From: Psammoneis japonica
Lineage: Eukaryota
Reading direction: 5' to 3'
Assembly (NCBI GenBank): GCA_008632985.1
Contig: QPGO01000062.1
Coordinates: 62,001-126,000 of the forward strand
DNA length: 64,000 bases
Below, piece after piece: positions 1-12,225 of this stretch; position 1 is the stretch's first letter; every line of letters starts with the position of its first letter. The notes under the pieces were generated by a model. It saw only the letters and a program-made list of their open reading frames with translations, made no database searches and was not told the origin of the DNA. The position numbers were made by a program, and so were the translations under genes.

Positions 1-505
1 CCTGGACCCAAGCAGCAATTTCGCGTACTTTCATGGACTCCGGCTTCTTGAGATCACGACGCAAATAACGTTTCTGCACCGAAAGTGAGTTCTTGGGAAA
101 CACATGCCTCGTGAGATGTTGTGGGCATTTCTCGAAGCTTCCTTCCGCAGATTCGTCTTCAAGGTTCGCTGCCGCATTCTCGAAAGCACGCAGAGCGTCT
201 CCTTGAAGTAACATGCGCATGAGACGAAACTCATCAGATTGCTTCCTGATGTTCTGGCCCACTGGAAGTTGATCGTAGCTCTTGAGAAATTCGATGAACT
301 TGGGGACACCTTGTTTCTTGCAGTGCTCAACATTGATGGTGCAGGTGCGGCTATCCTTCTTCTCGGGATGAAAACGTTGCTCCATCTTGAGGTGCTGGCT
401 CGGTTTGAGGCTCTTCGGCTCGGAGTTCGATTCCAGCGGTTGAGGGACGATTTTCTCCTGCCTCAACGAAGTTTTGGCGTTGGTTGCATGAGGTGAAAGC
501 TTCAT
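1..505 (-). mobile_element. Gypsy LTR-retrotransposon gag, N-terminal part (runs off the window start; absent from the ORF track because no stop lies in the window)
   Basis: Manual translation from ATG at 505 gives MKLSPHATN...DEFRLMRMLLQGDALRAFENAAANLEDESAEGSFEKCPQHLTRHVFPKNSLSVQKRYLRRDLKKPESMKVREIAAWVQ. This resembles the diatom Gypsy gag pattern (LLQGDALxAF...HVFPxxxLxxQKRYxRRxLxKPxxMxxRE). The LTR is probably at ~640-1100, which contains a 36-bp duplication (tagagcaaagctctgaatgaacaa at 971 and 1007); its ends are not resolved. Confidence 0.7.
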
Positions 506-1930
506 CTTGAACTTGTTGCCTTCTGTGGTGTGTGTGCACAATGCACTGTGCTCGAAGAACGAGTGTAAACGAAAGTGTGACGAAGTTCAAAAGGTGAAAA
601 TTATGAGAATCATTTCTGCGCAATCATTTTGGGTTTCTCCGAACGGGTTCTCAACAGCCTAAACCTTTTGCACTGCTCCTACAGACAAAAGGCCTTTCGG
701 AGAATGTGATCGTGACGACAGATTGTCCGGATACGATTGACATTGACACGTAAGATGTCAACATCATCGCACGATCGCATTTGCGATTCTCGACTTCCAA
801 TCACTTCTGTGTGACTGATCTGTACTTCGTACGAACCCACGATTGACGTACGATTGAAATGTGCTTTTATTTGACACATGGATGTACATGTGCAACACAC
901 ACATGACAACGCATGTTGCAAGAGCACGACTCTGAATGATGTTTGGATGCCCGTGGAATCTCCATTTAATTAGAGCAAAGCTCTGAATGAACAATGGACA
1001 TCCAACTAGAGCAAAGCTCTGAATGAACAACGGACGACGACAGCCTCTCCATTCAAACAGATCACAACTATGAACAAATTTGCTGATGCTCTGAACAACT
1101 GTCATTTACGAAGCTGTGCTTCGATTGACTCTGTCAACAAACACATCCGCCGAACCCTGACTGTGCCGGTGAAATCAATCCCAAGCAATTGCACATCATG
1201 TTGCGTCGTGCGCATGTGTTGCGTTGCCTCATTGTTTGTTGTTGTTGTTTCGGGTTGTCCTTCGGCGCCGTTTGTTAGATGCAGCTGACATGGTCTTTTG
1301 ACAACACTGCACACACAATGCAAACCTGCAATTGCAAGAACCATTCAATGCATTCATGCAAACCCAAACTGCCTTTCTTTGTCCAACCTTGCAACTGCTT
1401 GATCCAAAAACAACATCACACTTTTCGCCACAGCATTTTGCAGGGAACAGTGGGTTGGTTTTGAAGCACGCTTGAGCAAAATATTTTCCGTCATCTTGAT
1501 GGACCAAGGCATGGAACAAGTGAGCCTCCTCGCACTTGCACTGCAAACACAAACAAACAAACACAATTGGTTTGTGTGCGGGAACAAGACAACACAACAA
1601 CAGGCATGCCAAATCAACAATGACGTTTGCTCTGCACCTGCGAATTGCAAGCAGTTGTTTGATCCACTTGAGCCACAACGAGTGTTGCAGTTTTGTGTGT
1701 GCGTTTGTCATTTGCTGTCTTTGTCTTTGTTGCAAACAAACAACAAAGTGAGAGGTGATGTTTCCAAGATGCTGCGCACAATCCGCACGACTTCATCATG
1801 CATTCTCACCGCTTTGTTTTGCAATGGATTTGACAATGGTTTAGAGTGGTTGGCTGGTTGAGTCTGCAAAAGAAATGCCATCATGACACACATTGAATGC
1901 CGTTAGATCAACTTCTCAATGGCAATCCGG

Positions 1931-2460
1931 AGCACCAACAATGCTCTCACCTTTTCATTTGCGCCATTTGCCATCGTCTCTTCGACCTTTCTCATTGCAA
2001 ACAACAACGGCTGTGTGAGACGTGTCTGATGAATTGCACAATTGGCTGCAAGACAATGTGATCTCACCGTCTTCTGTGGTGCTCTCTCTGGCATTTCAGC
2101 AACTGGGGATGGTTGAGTCTGGCATCCAGCAATGACGCCCCAAAGTGGTTGGAGCAATTGTTTCATTTGCAACTGGAGCACCGACATTGCTCTCACCTTT
2201 TCATCATTGCCACTGTCAACCACCTCATTTGCCTGGTCACAAAGAACAGCAGGAGCAGTGTGATTGGTCAATCCAATCCATGTGTCACGCTCTGCCTCAG
2301 AACTCTGTTCACTCACTTGTTTTTTTTGTGCTGCTCCAGTGTTTCAACTGTCTGGGATGGTTTGGTGTGGCATCCAGCAACCCAATGAGGCCAAAGAGCT
2401 GTTGGAGCAACAGTCCAAATTGACAGCTGGAGCACCGACAATGCTCTCACCTTTTCTTTT
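1931..2460. repeat. Degenerate ~250-bp tandem repeat, three partial copies
   Basis: The motif agcacc(a/g)aca(a/t)tgctctcaccttttc recurs at 1931, 2177 and 2431. It translates on the minus strand as EKVRA(L/M)xVL. Confidence 0.7.
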
Positions 2461-3223
2461 GCACCAGTTGGCTCGTCCATCTCATCAACCTTTTGCATGA
2501 AGAACAGTGGTGTGAGCGACGTGCAATTCAGCCGCATGACACAATGCATTTTTCTTGCCGCTGGAGCGTTCCCGGGCTCTTGTTCCATCCTGCAACAAGG
2601 GGACCCAGACAACTGTGTCTGACAAGCCAAACAAGGCATCAAAGCGGAAGTTGGTTAGAGCCATCCAACACCACAGCAATTGGACCACCAAATCATGTGG
2701 TCACCTGTGACACCATTTCTGCCAACTCTTCGTCATTGGAACTCCAACCATCGATGACATCCAAATCCATGGTGAGGGGTTCTAGTTCATCATTGCACTC
2801 CCGACGAGGAATTTGCTCTGCCTCCTTCTCCTTCTTGGTTAACTTCCGCTTTGCCGTTGGTTCGGATGGGCAATTTAGCGCGGTGTCCATGGTCAGTGTT
2901 GACACCTGAGTTTTGGACTCATGTTGCGGATCAAGCACAATCTCTTCGTTGACCATTTGGGATGAACTGGTGACTGTCATGCTGCCATGAATCGACTGGA
3001 GCAAATCTTCCTTGGACAGCGGAACTCCCATTTGTTCTGACAACATGCTTGCTGTTTTCGCAAGGTCCACAAGGGATGCAATGTCAATGTCTTTGCTGGA
3101 TGCTCCCTGAGCAACTTGTTTTGATGCTTCGGTGTTCTCCTCCTGCTGTCAAGGACCGGAAATGGGAACGAAGTCGTCAACCAAACAAGATTGTCAACAA
3201 AAGGACAAACAAACAATGTGCGA

Positions 3224-3817
3224 CTAACTCACAGCCACTGGTTTCATCGACATGACGTAAAACTTTGCTTTGGTTGTTGTTTCCGCATTGGTTGCAGCGG
3301 GGACGGCCACATGTGTTTTACCTCCATTCTCCTTGTTGCTCTTGTGCATTGCAGTTGCCACACACCAGCCTGCTTTCCGCAGCACAAACTCCACAAACGT
3401 TTTAATTGTTTGACATTTGGCTTGGCGTGCCACCACAGCAAACCCGCCTCTGTCATCGCGGTGCATTTTGCGAGGTTTGCTGGAAGCGTCCGTGGTGTGC
3501 GGCATGAGCTTCATGTTGTTTGCGGTGAACCATTTGTCAATGGCAGCAGCCAGCCATCCTCTGTTGCGATGAAAGGCGTGGAAAACTTGACACACAAGCT
3601 GCTGATTCTCGGTTGTGTTGTCCATGCTTGCCAGAATGTTTTTGAAGTCTTCTGTTGTGACGGGATTGGTGTTTGTTGATGGCATTGCCACTTCCTTGTC
3701 CATTGCATTTTTCCGACAGCCCTCCAGGCATTGAGTCATGACGTGTTGTCGAAGGGACGACCGGATTTGTGCCAACTCTTGTGGCATCTTCTTGCCATTG
3801 GGCGGCACCATCTCCAC
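3224..3817 (-). pseudogene. Uncharacterised transposon-cargo ORF, TpA-mutated
   Basis: 197-aa ORF with protein-like composition (QELAQIRSSLRQHV...) inside the TpA-depleted domain; no family recognised. Confidence 0.3.
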
Positions 3818-4864
3818 CTCACCAAGTTGTGGACGTGCCTTTCAGCATGACCACAAAAGAGCAGCATCCTCTGGTCTTGTGGGGTCAGCCCCTGTCGTCG
3901 GATGGAAAAAGTCTCTTGGACAATCCAATGGACGATTGGGTGCTGTCATTTTTTCCCCTGGATTTGTCGTGGAAGCTTCCCACTGCATGTCAGATCACAA
4001 TGTTGGCTTCCAAACGCACACTTCGATTTCAAATGCACCCACCTGTGTTCCCCGCTGTTGCAACATCTGTCCTTGACTGGGTTGCGTTTCCCTCTGTTGA
4101 AGTGTTTGCCCTCGATGTGTTTGTAAGATCAAGGCTGACGACCGACACCTGTGTCTGATGAAATGAATTCGTCATTGTGTTTTCGACTTCCAATCGCTTT
4201 TTATGCTTGTGGATGGTCCGGGACGAGCCGAATCTGTTCGACACAATTGCAAAGTCACGGTTGCATGTTCTCATTGCACGGTTTTTGAATTGTGTTCAGT
4301 TTTGTTCTTTTCTGCATTTTTCATTGTTTCAATCAAGCATTGTTGTTCTGAAATGAACATTGACAACCATGTCGACCTGTTGTGTTAAGAAGATTGTTCT
4401 TTCCTCCCATTTGAAACAAAATTTTCCTTAAACAAAAATTGGGTTCTCATTGGCTCACTTTTGAATGTATGATTTTCCACAATTGAAGTTTGATTTTTCA
4501 TGTGTGTTCTTTTTTAAAGTGCTCGCTTCATCTACGTTGTTGAATGAAATGCATTGTGCAATCACACGATTGGGTGGGAGTGCATGCGCGCGCGTGCTGC
4601 TCTTTCAGCGTGTGGAACATGTGTGGGGCCCCACGTGCAGGGCTTGTCTGCAAATGCGCAGTGCAGCAGAATGCACGTGTTTTGCGCTTTTGGTGATTGA
4701 GAGCACATGCGTTGCTCCACCTCATTTTCACAAATCCTCTGCGCTGTGCAAGCCCATCAACAGAACTGCGATCCCTCCCCTCTTTTCCATCCAATCATCT
4801 TTTGGGACTCTTCTTGAATCTTGCATCTTGCTCTTTTGCGCATTGAACAATCCCAAACGATGCC

Positions 4865-6396
4865 ATGGACGACATGGCAAACAATTGGGGGTGCAATTTG
4901 GTTGCCGTCAGCCCGCGTGGCTTAAAACGCAATGGCGAAGATTTGATGAATTCTTCCATGGACATCGGCCACCACAAGCAGTTAGAAGAAGTTGTTTTTC
5001 ATCACTTTGATGGTGAATTGCTGCTGTACAAAGTGATGCCAAACGGCTCCGATGCAAATTTGTTTGCAATTAATTCTGTGACGGGAGGGCACAACGACGG
5101 ATGTTTGATTGCATGTGGAAGTCATGTGGCCGGTGATCATGGGCCTGTCCACTGTTGGACTGCCAGCACGTTCAGCGCAGAACATGGTCCGAGCGCGGCA
5201 ATGCATCCGGACGATGTGTTTAACTCTTTTACACGCAATCACACCATTGCGCTGCCGCATCATGTGCCAGGCACTCTGAGCTCCGTGGAGCTCAGTGAGT
5301 GCGAAAACGATTGTCTCAACCACACTCATCTCCGTTGTTTGATGCAGGCTGTAAAGAAGGTGCCAATCACTGCATTGTTTTTAGAATTGATGCTGGCAAA
5401 CAATGGCGCAACACTCAGCGACATTTTTCTAGAATCTCTCGGTCGGTTGGCTCACCACCATTCCTTTGAGATTGTTGTTGACGAAATTGTGACAGGCGGA
5501 CGCAGTGGATGCATGCCATCATGCCTGGCTAAACCCAAGCATTTTGTTGATGCTGTTGCCTGTGTTGCCATGGGCAAATGGCTGCAAGCTGGCACAGTTT
5601 TAGCAAAACCCGATCATTGCAATCAGTTTTGCAGCATGACATCATCTCTTCCCAATCGTGGCACCTCCACGGGCATGGATTGTAAACAAATCATCATGAC
5701 ATGGAAGACTGCAACTTCACAGTTTTATCTCACAGCCGAGCGTCGACAAACTGTCCTAAAGAAACTCAAAGTGACAGAGCAAGATGCGTGGGGCAGCGGC
5801 TTGCTTGTGTTTGCTCCTGTGAAACGAAGTGATCTGACGCCAGCGACCAAGAATCGTTTCCTTCCTTTGCTTTGCGCCACCCCATTGGACAACATGAAAG
5901 TCCAAAAGCACGATCAGTGGACGAAGCCTCTTGTGAGCCAACGCATTGTTGATGGATGCCGCTGTTGGTTAAATGCACACCCGCACACGGACGAGGAAAT
6001 GAGCGGCGCACACAAATTGCTCAGTCATTTTGCGGATCAACCCGCGGGCACGTGTTTTCAAACTAAGGGGCTCATGATGAATGTCCTTGGTGGGAAGCCT
6101 TGCACACCACGCAAACGTGCCAACTGTTGCGTGCTGCAGAAAAGGCCGGGCTTGTTGGCAAAACATTGGTGACTCGCAAATGCCTGCATGCCTGGAAATC
6201 GTTGGCCCCGACAACCATGCCAAGCAAGAAGAATCAACCCATGATTGCATTGTCTTGCCGCTTGCGTTTGCGCAACCTTGTTTGGACAGCCTTCGGCATT
6301 TCGAAAAAAACTGCTTCCTCCACTGCTGATTTTGGATCTTCTGCCAGTGCATCTGTTTCAAATGTGTCATTCCCTGAACACCAATTCAACCACTGA
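4865..6396 (+). pseudogene. Class-III PLP-dependent aminotransferase-like gene, hypermutated, with a frameshift near the 3' end
   Basis: ALFLELML...FLESLGRLAHHHSFEIVVDEIVTGGRSG...AMGKWL matches the class-III signature (xEP...FL..LR.L...h.i.lI.DEVxTGfGRtG...tlGK, PLP lysine). The tail appears to continue in ORF 6100-6396. Confidence 0.6.
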
Positions 6397-9300
6397 ATGT
6401 CTTTTGCCGGAAGAGCGAATTCATGATTGGAGTCGAAGATCCAACCACCATGCAAAGCAGTGCAGTGATTGTTTGTCAACCGACAAAGAACGATGTCATC
6501 GGCAACGTGGGTGGTCAAATCGAAGAATCCCCTCTTGCCAGCTGCCATTTTCTGACGCTTCTTGCATGCGTGCCACTTCATTGATGTAGCCAGTGGAGGA
6601 CAAAGCTTCTGCTTTTGTCCCAACAACATGCCAATGGCGAACTCCAACCGTTTGTTGTTGGTGTTCTCTGATCTGCAAGAATGATCCATGTAATTCACAA
6701 TGTGTCGCTCCATCCTTTCATCTCTTACATTTGGGACACTGGCCAGGCTCGAAAACACGCACGTGTCTTTCTCCCCTTGTTGATGTTTGACTGGGGGTCC
6801 CGAGCTGGGAAATTCCAGCCCACTTTTATCTGACACGTGACCCTCCGGCAGTCTGTGCCATTTCTTCCCTGGTTCCCAATCACACATGGCCTTGTACACT
6901 GTGGGACATCGCTGCTGAAAATTGGCTCTTGCCCACTCCATGGTGCAACAGCGCGGTTTCTTCCTTGTGCCAACCCCCACGAATGCTGGCGTTCCCTCCG
7001 GACCTTCAAAATCATCATCGGCTGCAAGCCCCTCCTTCATTGGCTCCTTTGCTGTCAGCCATCTCACTTTGTGAACCTGACCATTGTTTGTCACGTGATC
7101 AGCTCTTTTGCCAATTTGCCTCTTTTGTCTGGCATTGAAAATCACTCTTGTGTCAGGTTTCTTTTTAGCTTCCTCAATTGCGGCTCGAACAAGGTTCATC
7201 GGCCCTCCTCCAATGTCCTTGTCATTCGTCGCTCCAAAACAGTCTTCAGCAAATGTTCTGCCATGCTTGAAATCTTCGAACCATCCACAAAAAACTGGTC
7301 CTTCACAATCAACAGCATCACCTGGCACCTCACTTTCATCCGGCCGTGTGGCCCGATCGACCCACTCAAAACCATGCAGCCGTTCCAATTCTTTGGCATC
7401 CTCATGGCACATCCTCGCCTCATGACGTAGATCTTGACATTTCTTGTCCCTGGCAGACAACACTTTTCTTCGTGACACAAGGAGACCTTGATCTTCTGGT
7501 TCCGATTCGGACTCCTCTTCCTCTGGGTCACCATCTCCCTCTTGTGGTTTCGGTTCCTTCTTTTCTCTCTTGTTTCCCCTGGCAGAGAATTTTTTGTCAA
7601 GCATCACCTCCTTCGCCAGCTCTGTAAAACGATGTTGTCGGAACAACCGATTGATCTGGCACCAATGCAGTTGTTCCGCTTCTTTGCACCAAATTGCAAT
7701 GTGTCGCAAAGGTGGCAGAAAGAAATCCTTTTTGTTCAACCGCACTTGGCGTTTCTCTGGGTCCTTCAGAGTTTCTCTGTCTTCTTGTGCAGCACCAGCC
7801 AGCAGTTCGTACACTGCACTTTTGCTTTGTGCAGTGCAAATGGGGCACTTGCCCGGAACACACATTGCATGATCACAGCAAGGTCCCGCAAGCACTGAAA
7901 ACAAAGTTGCTGCTGGTGACAGTCCACCTTGATCTTCCTGGTTGTAATCGATGGGAAACACCATGTTGCACGTGTTGCACTTCATGTGGATGCTTTCAAG
8001 AAGTTGACACGTGGCTCCATCATCACCCAAAGGCATTTCCATTTCCATGTCTTCATCTGAATCGCTCCGACTCTGTTGGCAGTGCTTGGGGTTGAGAACA
8101 TGCTTCCGGTTGTCAGTTCCCAACTCCGCAGTTGCGTTGAACTTGCCCCTCACACATTTCGCTCTTTGAGCCAGCTCGGAAGTCCTCGATCGAAACGCCG
8201 CTCTTTTCCATGTTTCATCATTTGCTAATTCGCTCATTTGGCAGGAGAAATTGACGCTTGCGGCAAACAAAGCTGTTGTCTCGAAATGTGACTTAACTTG
8301 GTTGGCGTCACTTGCACCCACGCAACATTCGTAGGATTCGTAAATGCACTTTCCAATGTCAAACCATTGGCGTCCATCCATGTGTTTTTGCCAGGAATCT
8401 TTAAAAGAATCCAGCGTCGCATTGCCAACCATCACCACTGACGATTTGTAGATGAGGTCTTTCTCTTGATCCACCAAATCTTGGCATTGATCGGCGGGTC
8501 TCTTCTTGCTGCTCCAGAACCCAACACAATCTCGCCAATGTTTTGCATTGCATTGGAAATCATCCTCTGTGTGAGAGATGGGCAACGCAATTTTTGCACA
8601 ACGTGTGGTGACTCTGCGTTTCACCATCAGTGCCCCAGTGTCATCTCCGTCCTCTTTGATCAAAGCATTCCAACTCCAATGGTGTCTTGCTCTTTCCCAA
8701 GAGGGCTCCTCATTCATTTCCTCTGTGATGTCCTCGAAACCCAAACTTTCACAGCAGCATTGTTTGAGCTTGACTTGACAATGCAGCATTGTGTCCCAAG
8801 TGCCAACAACCGTGCAGCCGACAGATTGAGCCAGGCTAATCAGGAAGGGGCACAACCCATGGTTGTGTGCTTTGGCTCCTCTGTCGACTCGAACACAGTC
8901 AACAATTGTCACTGGCACCAATTCAATGCACCGATGCAACAATGCAGCGACAATGTCAGTTGCCAGTTTGCCACTTTCTTGATTTTTTGGCATTGCACAA
9001 ATTCCCAAAATGTGAGTGTGTTTGTTGTTCAACAAGTCAACAATGTTGCCTTCGTTTTCTTGATTAAATTCACGAAGAAGAAAATCCTTTACAGCTGCCC
9101 TTGCTTTTTTACTTGCTTCTTTGCCGAAGTCGGATGACAACCCCTTCTGGTTGTGATGCAACAAAATGCACTTCTTCCCGCGATCATTCGGCCCGCGTCC
9201 AGAATTTGCCAGTGTTGTCAGTGATTTTGGTTCTGTGCTTGGGTTGACCATGGTAAACAAGGGACAAGTGCGGTGGACATTGCCCCGCACACGCTTTGAC

Positions 9301-9629
9301 ATGTCATGTTTGATTGCATTCACGAAACGCCGGAGCTTGGTGGGAATGTGTTGAATGTCCCCCTCCTTGGATTTTGATGATTTTGGTGAAGAACCCGCAT
9401 CTTTCTTCTCCTGAGAAGCATCATTGTCTATTTCCTTAGAATTCACAGCTTCCTTGTCCTCCTCTGACGTCCGCATTTCCTCCGGCATTTCCTCCTCCTC
9501 TTCTTCCACATCTTCTTCCTGGGAATTGTGGTTGTTCTCCTCCTGTGACAACCGGATTTCCTCATTCTCTTCTCGGGAAGCCACAACAGCCGCTTTGGCA
9601 AGAGCTTTCATTCCATTGTCCCTTGACAT
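6234..9629 (-). CDS. 1131-aa multidomain cargo protein: acidic N-terminus, GNAT-like domain, C-terminal papain-like Cys-His-Asp domain (Tyr-depleted, probably inactivated)
   Basis: GNAT-like segment TIVDCVRV...HNHGLCPFLISLAQ...MLHC...CCCESLGFE (with C/H restored to Y: DYVRV...YNYGL...YYYESLGF). C-terminal QQGEKDTCVFSSLAS...NHCTALHGGWIFDSN fits the QxxxxxC/H/D layout. Confidence 0.5.
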   Translation of the reverse strand: MSRDNGMKALAKAAVVASREENEEIRLSQEENNHNSQEEDVEEEEEEMPEEMRTSEEDKEAVNSKEIDNDASQEKKDAGSSPKSSKSKEGDIQHIPTKLRRFVNAIKHDMSKRVRGNVHRTCPLFTMVNPSTEPKSLTTLANSGRGPNDRGKKCILLHHNQKGLSSDFGKEASKKARAAVKDFLLREFNQENEGNIVDLLNNKHTHILGICAMPKNQESGKLATDIVAALLHRCIELVPVTIVDCVRVDRGAKAHNHGLCPFLISLAQSVGCTVVGTWDTMLHCQVKLKQCCCESLGFEDITEEMNEEPSWERARHHWSWNALIKEDGDDTGALMVKRRVTTRCAKIALPISHTEDDFQCNAKHWRDCVGFWSSKKRPADQCQDLVDQEKDLIYKSSVVMVGNATLDSFKDSWQKHMDGRQWFDIGKCIYESYECCVGASDANQVKSHFETTALFAASVNFSCQMSELANDETWKRAAFRSRTSELAQRAKCVRGKFNATAELGTDNRKHVLNPKHCQQSRSDSDEDMEMEMPLGDDGATCQLLESIHMKCNTCNMVFPIDYNQEDQGGLSPAATLFSVLAGPCCDHAMCVPGKCPICTAQSKSAVYELLAGAAQEDRETLKDPEKRQVRLNKKDFFLPPLRHIAIWCKEAEQLHWCQINRLFRQHRFTELAKEVMLDKKFSARGNKREKKEPKPQEGDGDPEEEESESEPEDQGLLVSRRKVLSARDKKCQDLRHEARMCHEDAKELERLHGFEWVDRATRPDESEVPGDAVDCEGPVFCGWFEDFKHGRTFAEDCFGATNDKDIGGGPMNLVRAAIEEAKKKPDTRVIFNARQKRQIGKRADHVTNNGQVHKVRWLTAKEPMKEGLAADDDFEGPEGTPAFVGVGTRKKPRCCTMEWARANFQQRCPTVYKAMCDWEPGKKWHRLPEGHVSDKSGLEFPSSGPPVKHQQGEKDTCVFSSLASVPNVRDERMERHIVNYMDHSCRSENTNNKRLEFAIGMLLGQKQKLCPPLATSMKWHACKKRQKMAAGKRGFFDLTTHVADDIVLCRLTNNHCTALHGGWIFDSNHEFALPAKDIQWLNWCSGNDTFETDALAEDPKSAVEEAVFFEMPKAVQTRLRKRKRQDNAIMG

Positions 9630-9672
9630 CGCAGGCGAATCCTTGCTTCCCTTTGCTGCTGCCTTGTTTGCG

Positions 9673-10901
9673 TCAAACTGTACAACACAACGAGGGTGCC
9701 CCAGCCAGTTCTCCAGGTCTTGTCATTGAAAACCCAATTGGCGGACTGTCGGTGGGCGACAGACGCGGAAATGCAGGGAAGAGACACAACAGACGATGAT
9801 GACCCACCGACAACAGTGGCCTTGGAACATGTGTGTTCTTGACAACGTCAAGGAAAAAGGAGCTTACGCCGTCTGCCAACACAACCCAGATCAGCCGGTC
9901 CCCTTTTCTTCAAACTGTGCAACACAACGAGGGTGCCCCAGCCAGTTCTCCAGGTCTTGTCATTGAAAACCGATTGGCGGAGTGTCACTGGGCAACGGAC
10001 TGGCAGCCCCACTCGTCCGTTGCTGTGCAATTGTCAGCAGTTGACGCGGAGACACAGGGAAGAGACACAACAGACGGAGACGACCCACCGACAACAGTGG
10101 CCTTGGAACACACATGTTCTTGACAATGTCAAGGAAAAAGGAGCTCACCCCGTCTGCCAACACAACCCAGATCAGCCGGTCCCCTTTTCTTCAAACTGTG
10201 CAACACAACGAGGGTGCCCCAGCCAGTTCTCCAGGTCTCATCATTGAAAACCGATTGGCGGAATGTCACTGGGCGACGGACTGGCAGTCCCACTCGTCCG
10301 TTGCTGTGCAATTGTCAGCAGTTGACGCGGAGACACAGGGAAGAGACACAACAGACGGAGACGACCCACCGACAACAGTGGCCTTGGAACATGTGTGTTC
10401 TTGACAATGTCAAGGAAAAAGGAGCTTGCGCTGTCCACCAACACAACCCAGATCAGCCGGTCCCCTTTTCTTCAAACTGTGCAACACAACGAGGGTGCCC
10501 CAGCCAGTTCTCCAGGTCTTGTTGTTGAAAACCGATTAGCGGAACATCACTGGGCGACGGACTGGCAGTCCCACTCGTCCGTTGCTGTGCAATTGTCAGC
10601 AGTTGACGCGGAGATGCAGGGAAGAGATGTGACAGACGGAGACGACCCACCGACAACAGTGGCCTTGGAATGCACATGTTCTTGACAATGTCAAGGAAAA
10701 AAAGCTTGCGCCGTCTGCCAACACAACCCAGATCAGCCGGTCCCCTTTTCTTCAAACTGTGCAACACAACGAGGGTGCCCCAGCCAGTTCTCCAGGTCTC
10801 ATCATTGAAAACTGATTGGCAGAACATCGCTGGGCAACGGACTGGCAGTCCCACTCGTCCGTTGCTGTGCAATTGTCAGCAGTTGACGCGGAGATGCAGG
10901 G
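9673..10901. repeat. 281-bp tandem repeat, ~4.4 copies (first copy has an internal deletion)
   Basis: tcaaactgt(a/g)caacacaacgagggtgcccc at ~9673, 9910, 10191, 10472, 10752; ggaa....gttc at 9824, 10105, 10386, 10667. Confidence 0.95.
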
Positions 10902-12225
10902 AAGTTGCTGACTTTGTCTGCAACCAATTTCGTGGCAGTGCCTGATGATGATTGTAAAGAGTCAACAAAGCACAGCGTGCACACCAAATTGTCTGAGATG
11001 TGAGATAAAGAAACAATGTGCAGACTGCGCCGTGAGCTCAGTGTTGTTCTCACAGCAGCGATGAAGTTTCGGTTCTGGTGGTGTCTCGCAATGAACCTTC
11101 ACCAAAGGTCACAATGTTGTCAACACTTGTTGGCAAGTTGACAAGAATGACAACATGCAATGGAAGGATGAATGACAACAGCATTGCATGAACAGCAAAG
11201 TTTGATGACAACAGCGGTGTCAGCGGCGGTGTCATGGATGCATGCTTTTCCGACATTTGTGTTGTTGTGACATGCGGCAAATGCAGTGATGTCACAGAAA
11301 AGAGGGGACTTGTTTTCTTGTTAAATTCTATGATGAATGCAGAATTTTTGTGGTGTTCTGTTTGTGGCGCTGCAGGCGGCCACAACCAGTTGGCCACGTG
11401 AGGGGATGACATGCAAAATTCCGGATTCCGGTGTTCTGACTCACCCAACATACATCATCTCTCAATCACGACCAGACAAAGGCGACATCATCATCGCACA
11501 ATCACATTCTCGCACAAATGACAAAGGAGTTGTGAAGCTGTTCTGCTCTCATTGTTTTTCATTGCAGCATCTGCTCACTCAAATTCCAACCATCCATGCA
11601 CCATGGAAAAGGCAAATGTGACGCTCCCGCTTGGAGCAGATCCGGCGCTCCCAAGGGAAGAAGGACAAGGAGTGCGCGTCCATCAAGAGATCCGCCGGGT
11701 TGCTTGATTCCTCAAAGATCCGAGTCGCCTGTTCAAAGTTCCACAGGTCAGTTGTGGTGAAATCGAAACGACGGATCCAGGGAACGCAGACTGTCTAAAT
11801 GGCGATGCAGGTCGAGGTCGAATTCCCACCAACGACGAAGGTGTCAATCGCCGTCCCGGTCTTGGTCAAGTTCTCGGTCTCGCTCTTTGTCAAGTTCTCG
11901 GTCTCGATCGCGTCATCGGACCAGACATCGTTGTCGTTCTGGAACTTCTTCGCGTGGTTCTCCTTGTCGATCAAGGTCTCATCATTCTGGGTCTAGGTCT
12001 CATTCTCGTCGAAGGCATCGGCGACGGTGTCGGTCACCATCCATGGGTCACCACAACTCAAGTTCCCGGTGCAGTTGCAGGGAACGTTGTGGTGCTGTTC
12101 CCCACTCTCCATGTGGGGATCACCAAGGTCGATCGCAATCGCGGCAGAGGTCACGCCAAAGGTCTCCATCCAGTTCACCGCAATGGTCTCGTCGAAGGTC
12201 TCTGGATTCTTCCAACAAAAGGTCT

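Noticed and set aside
9673..10901. Possible CRISPR array
   Set aside because: Whole 281-bp units repeat with no unique spacers; no cas genes; eukaryotic context.
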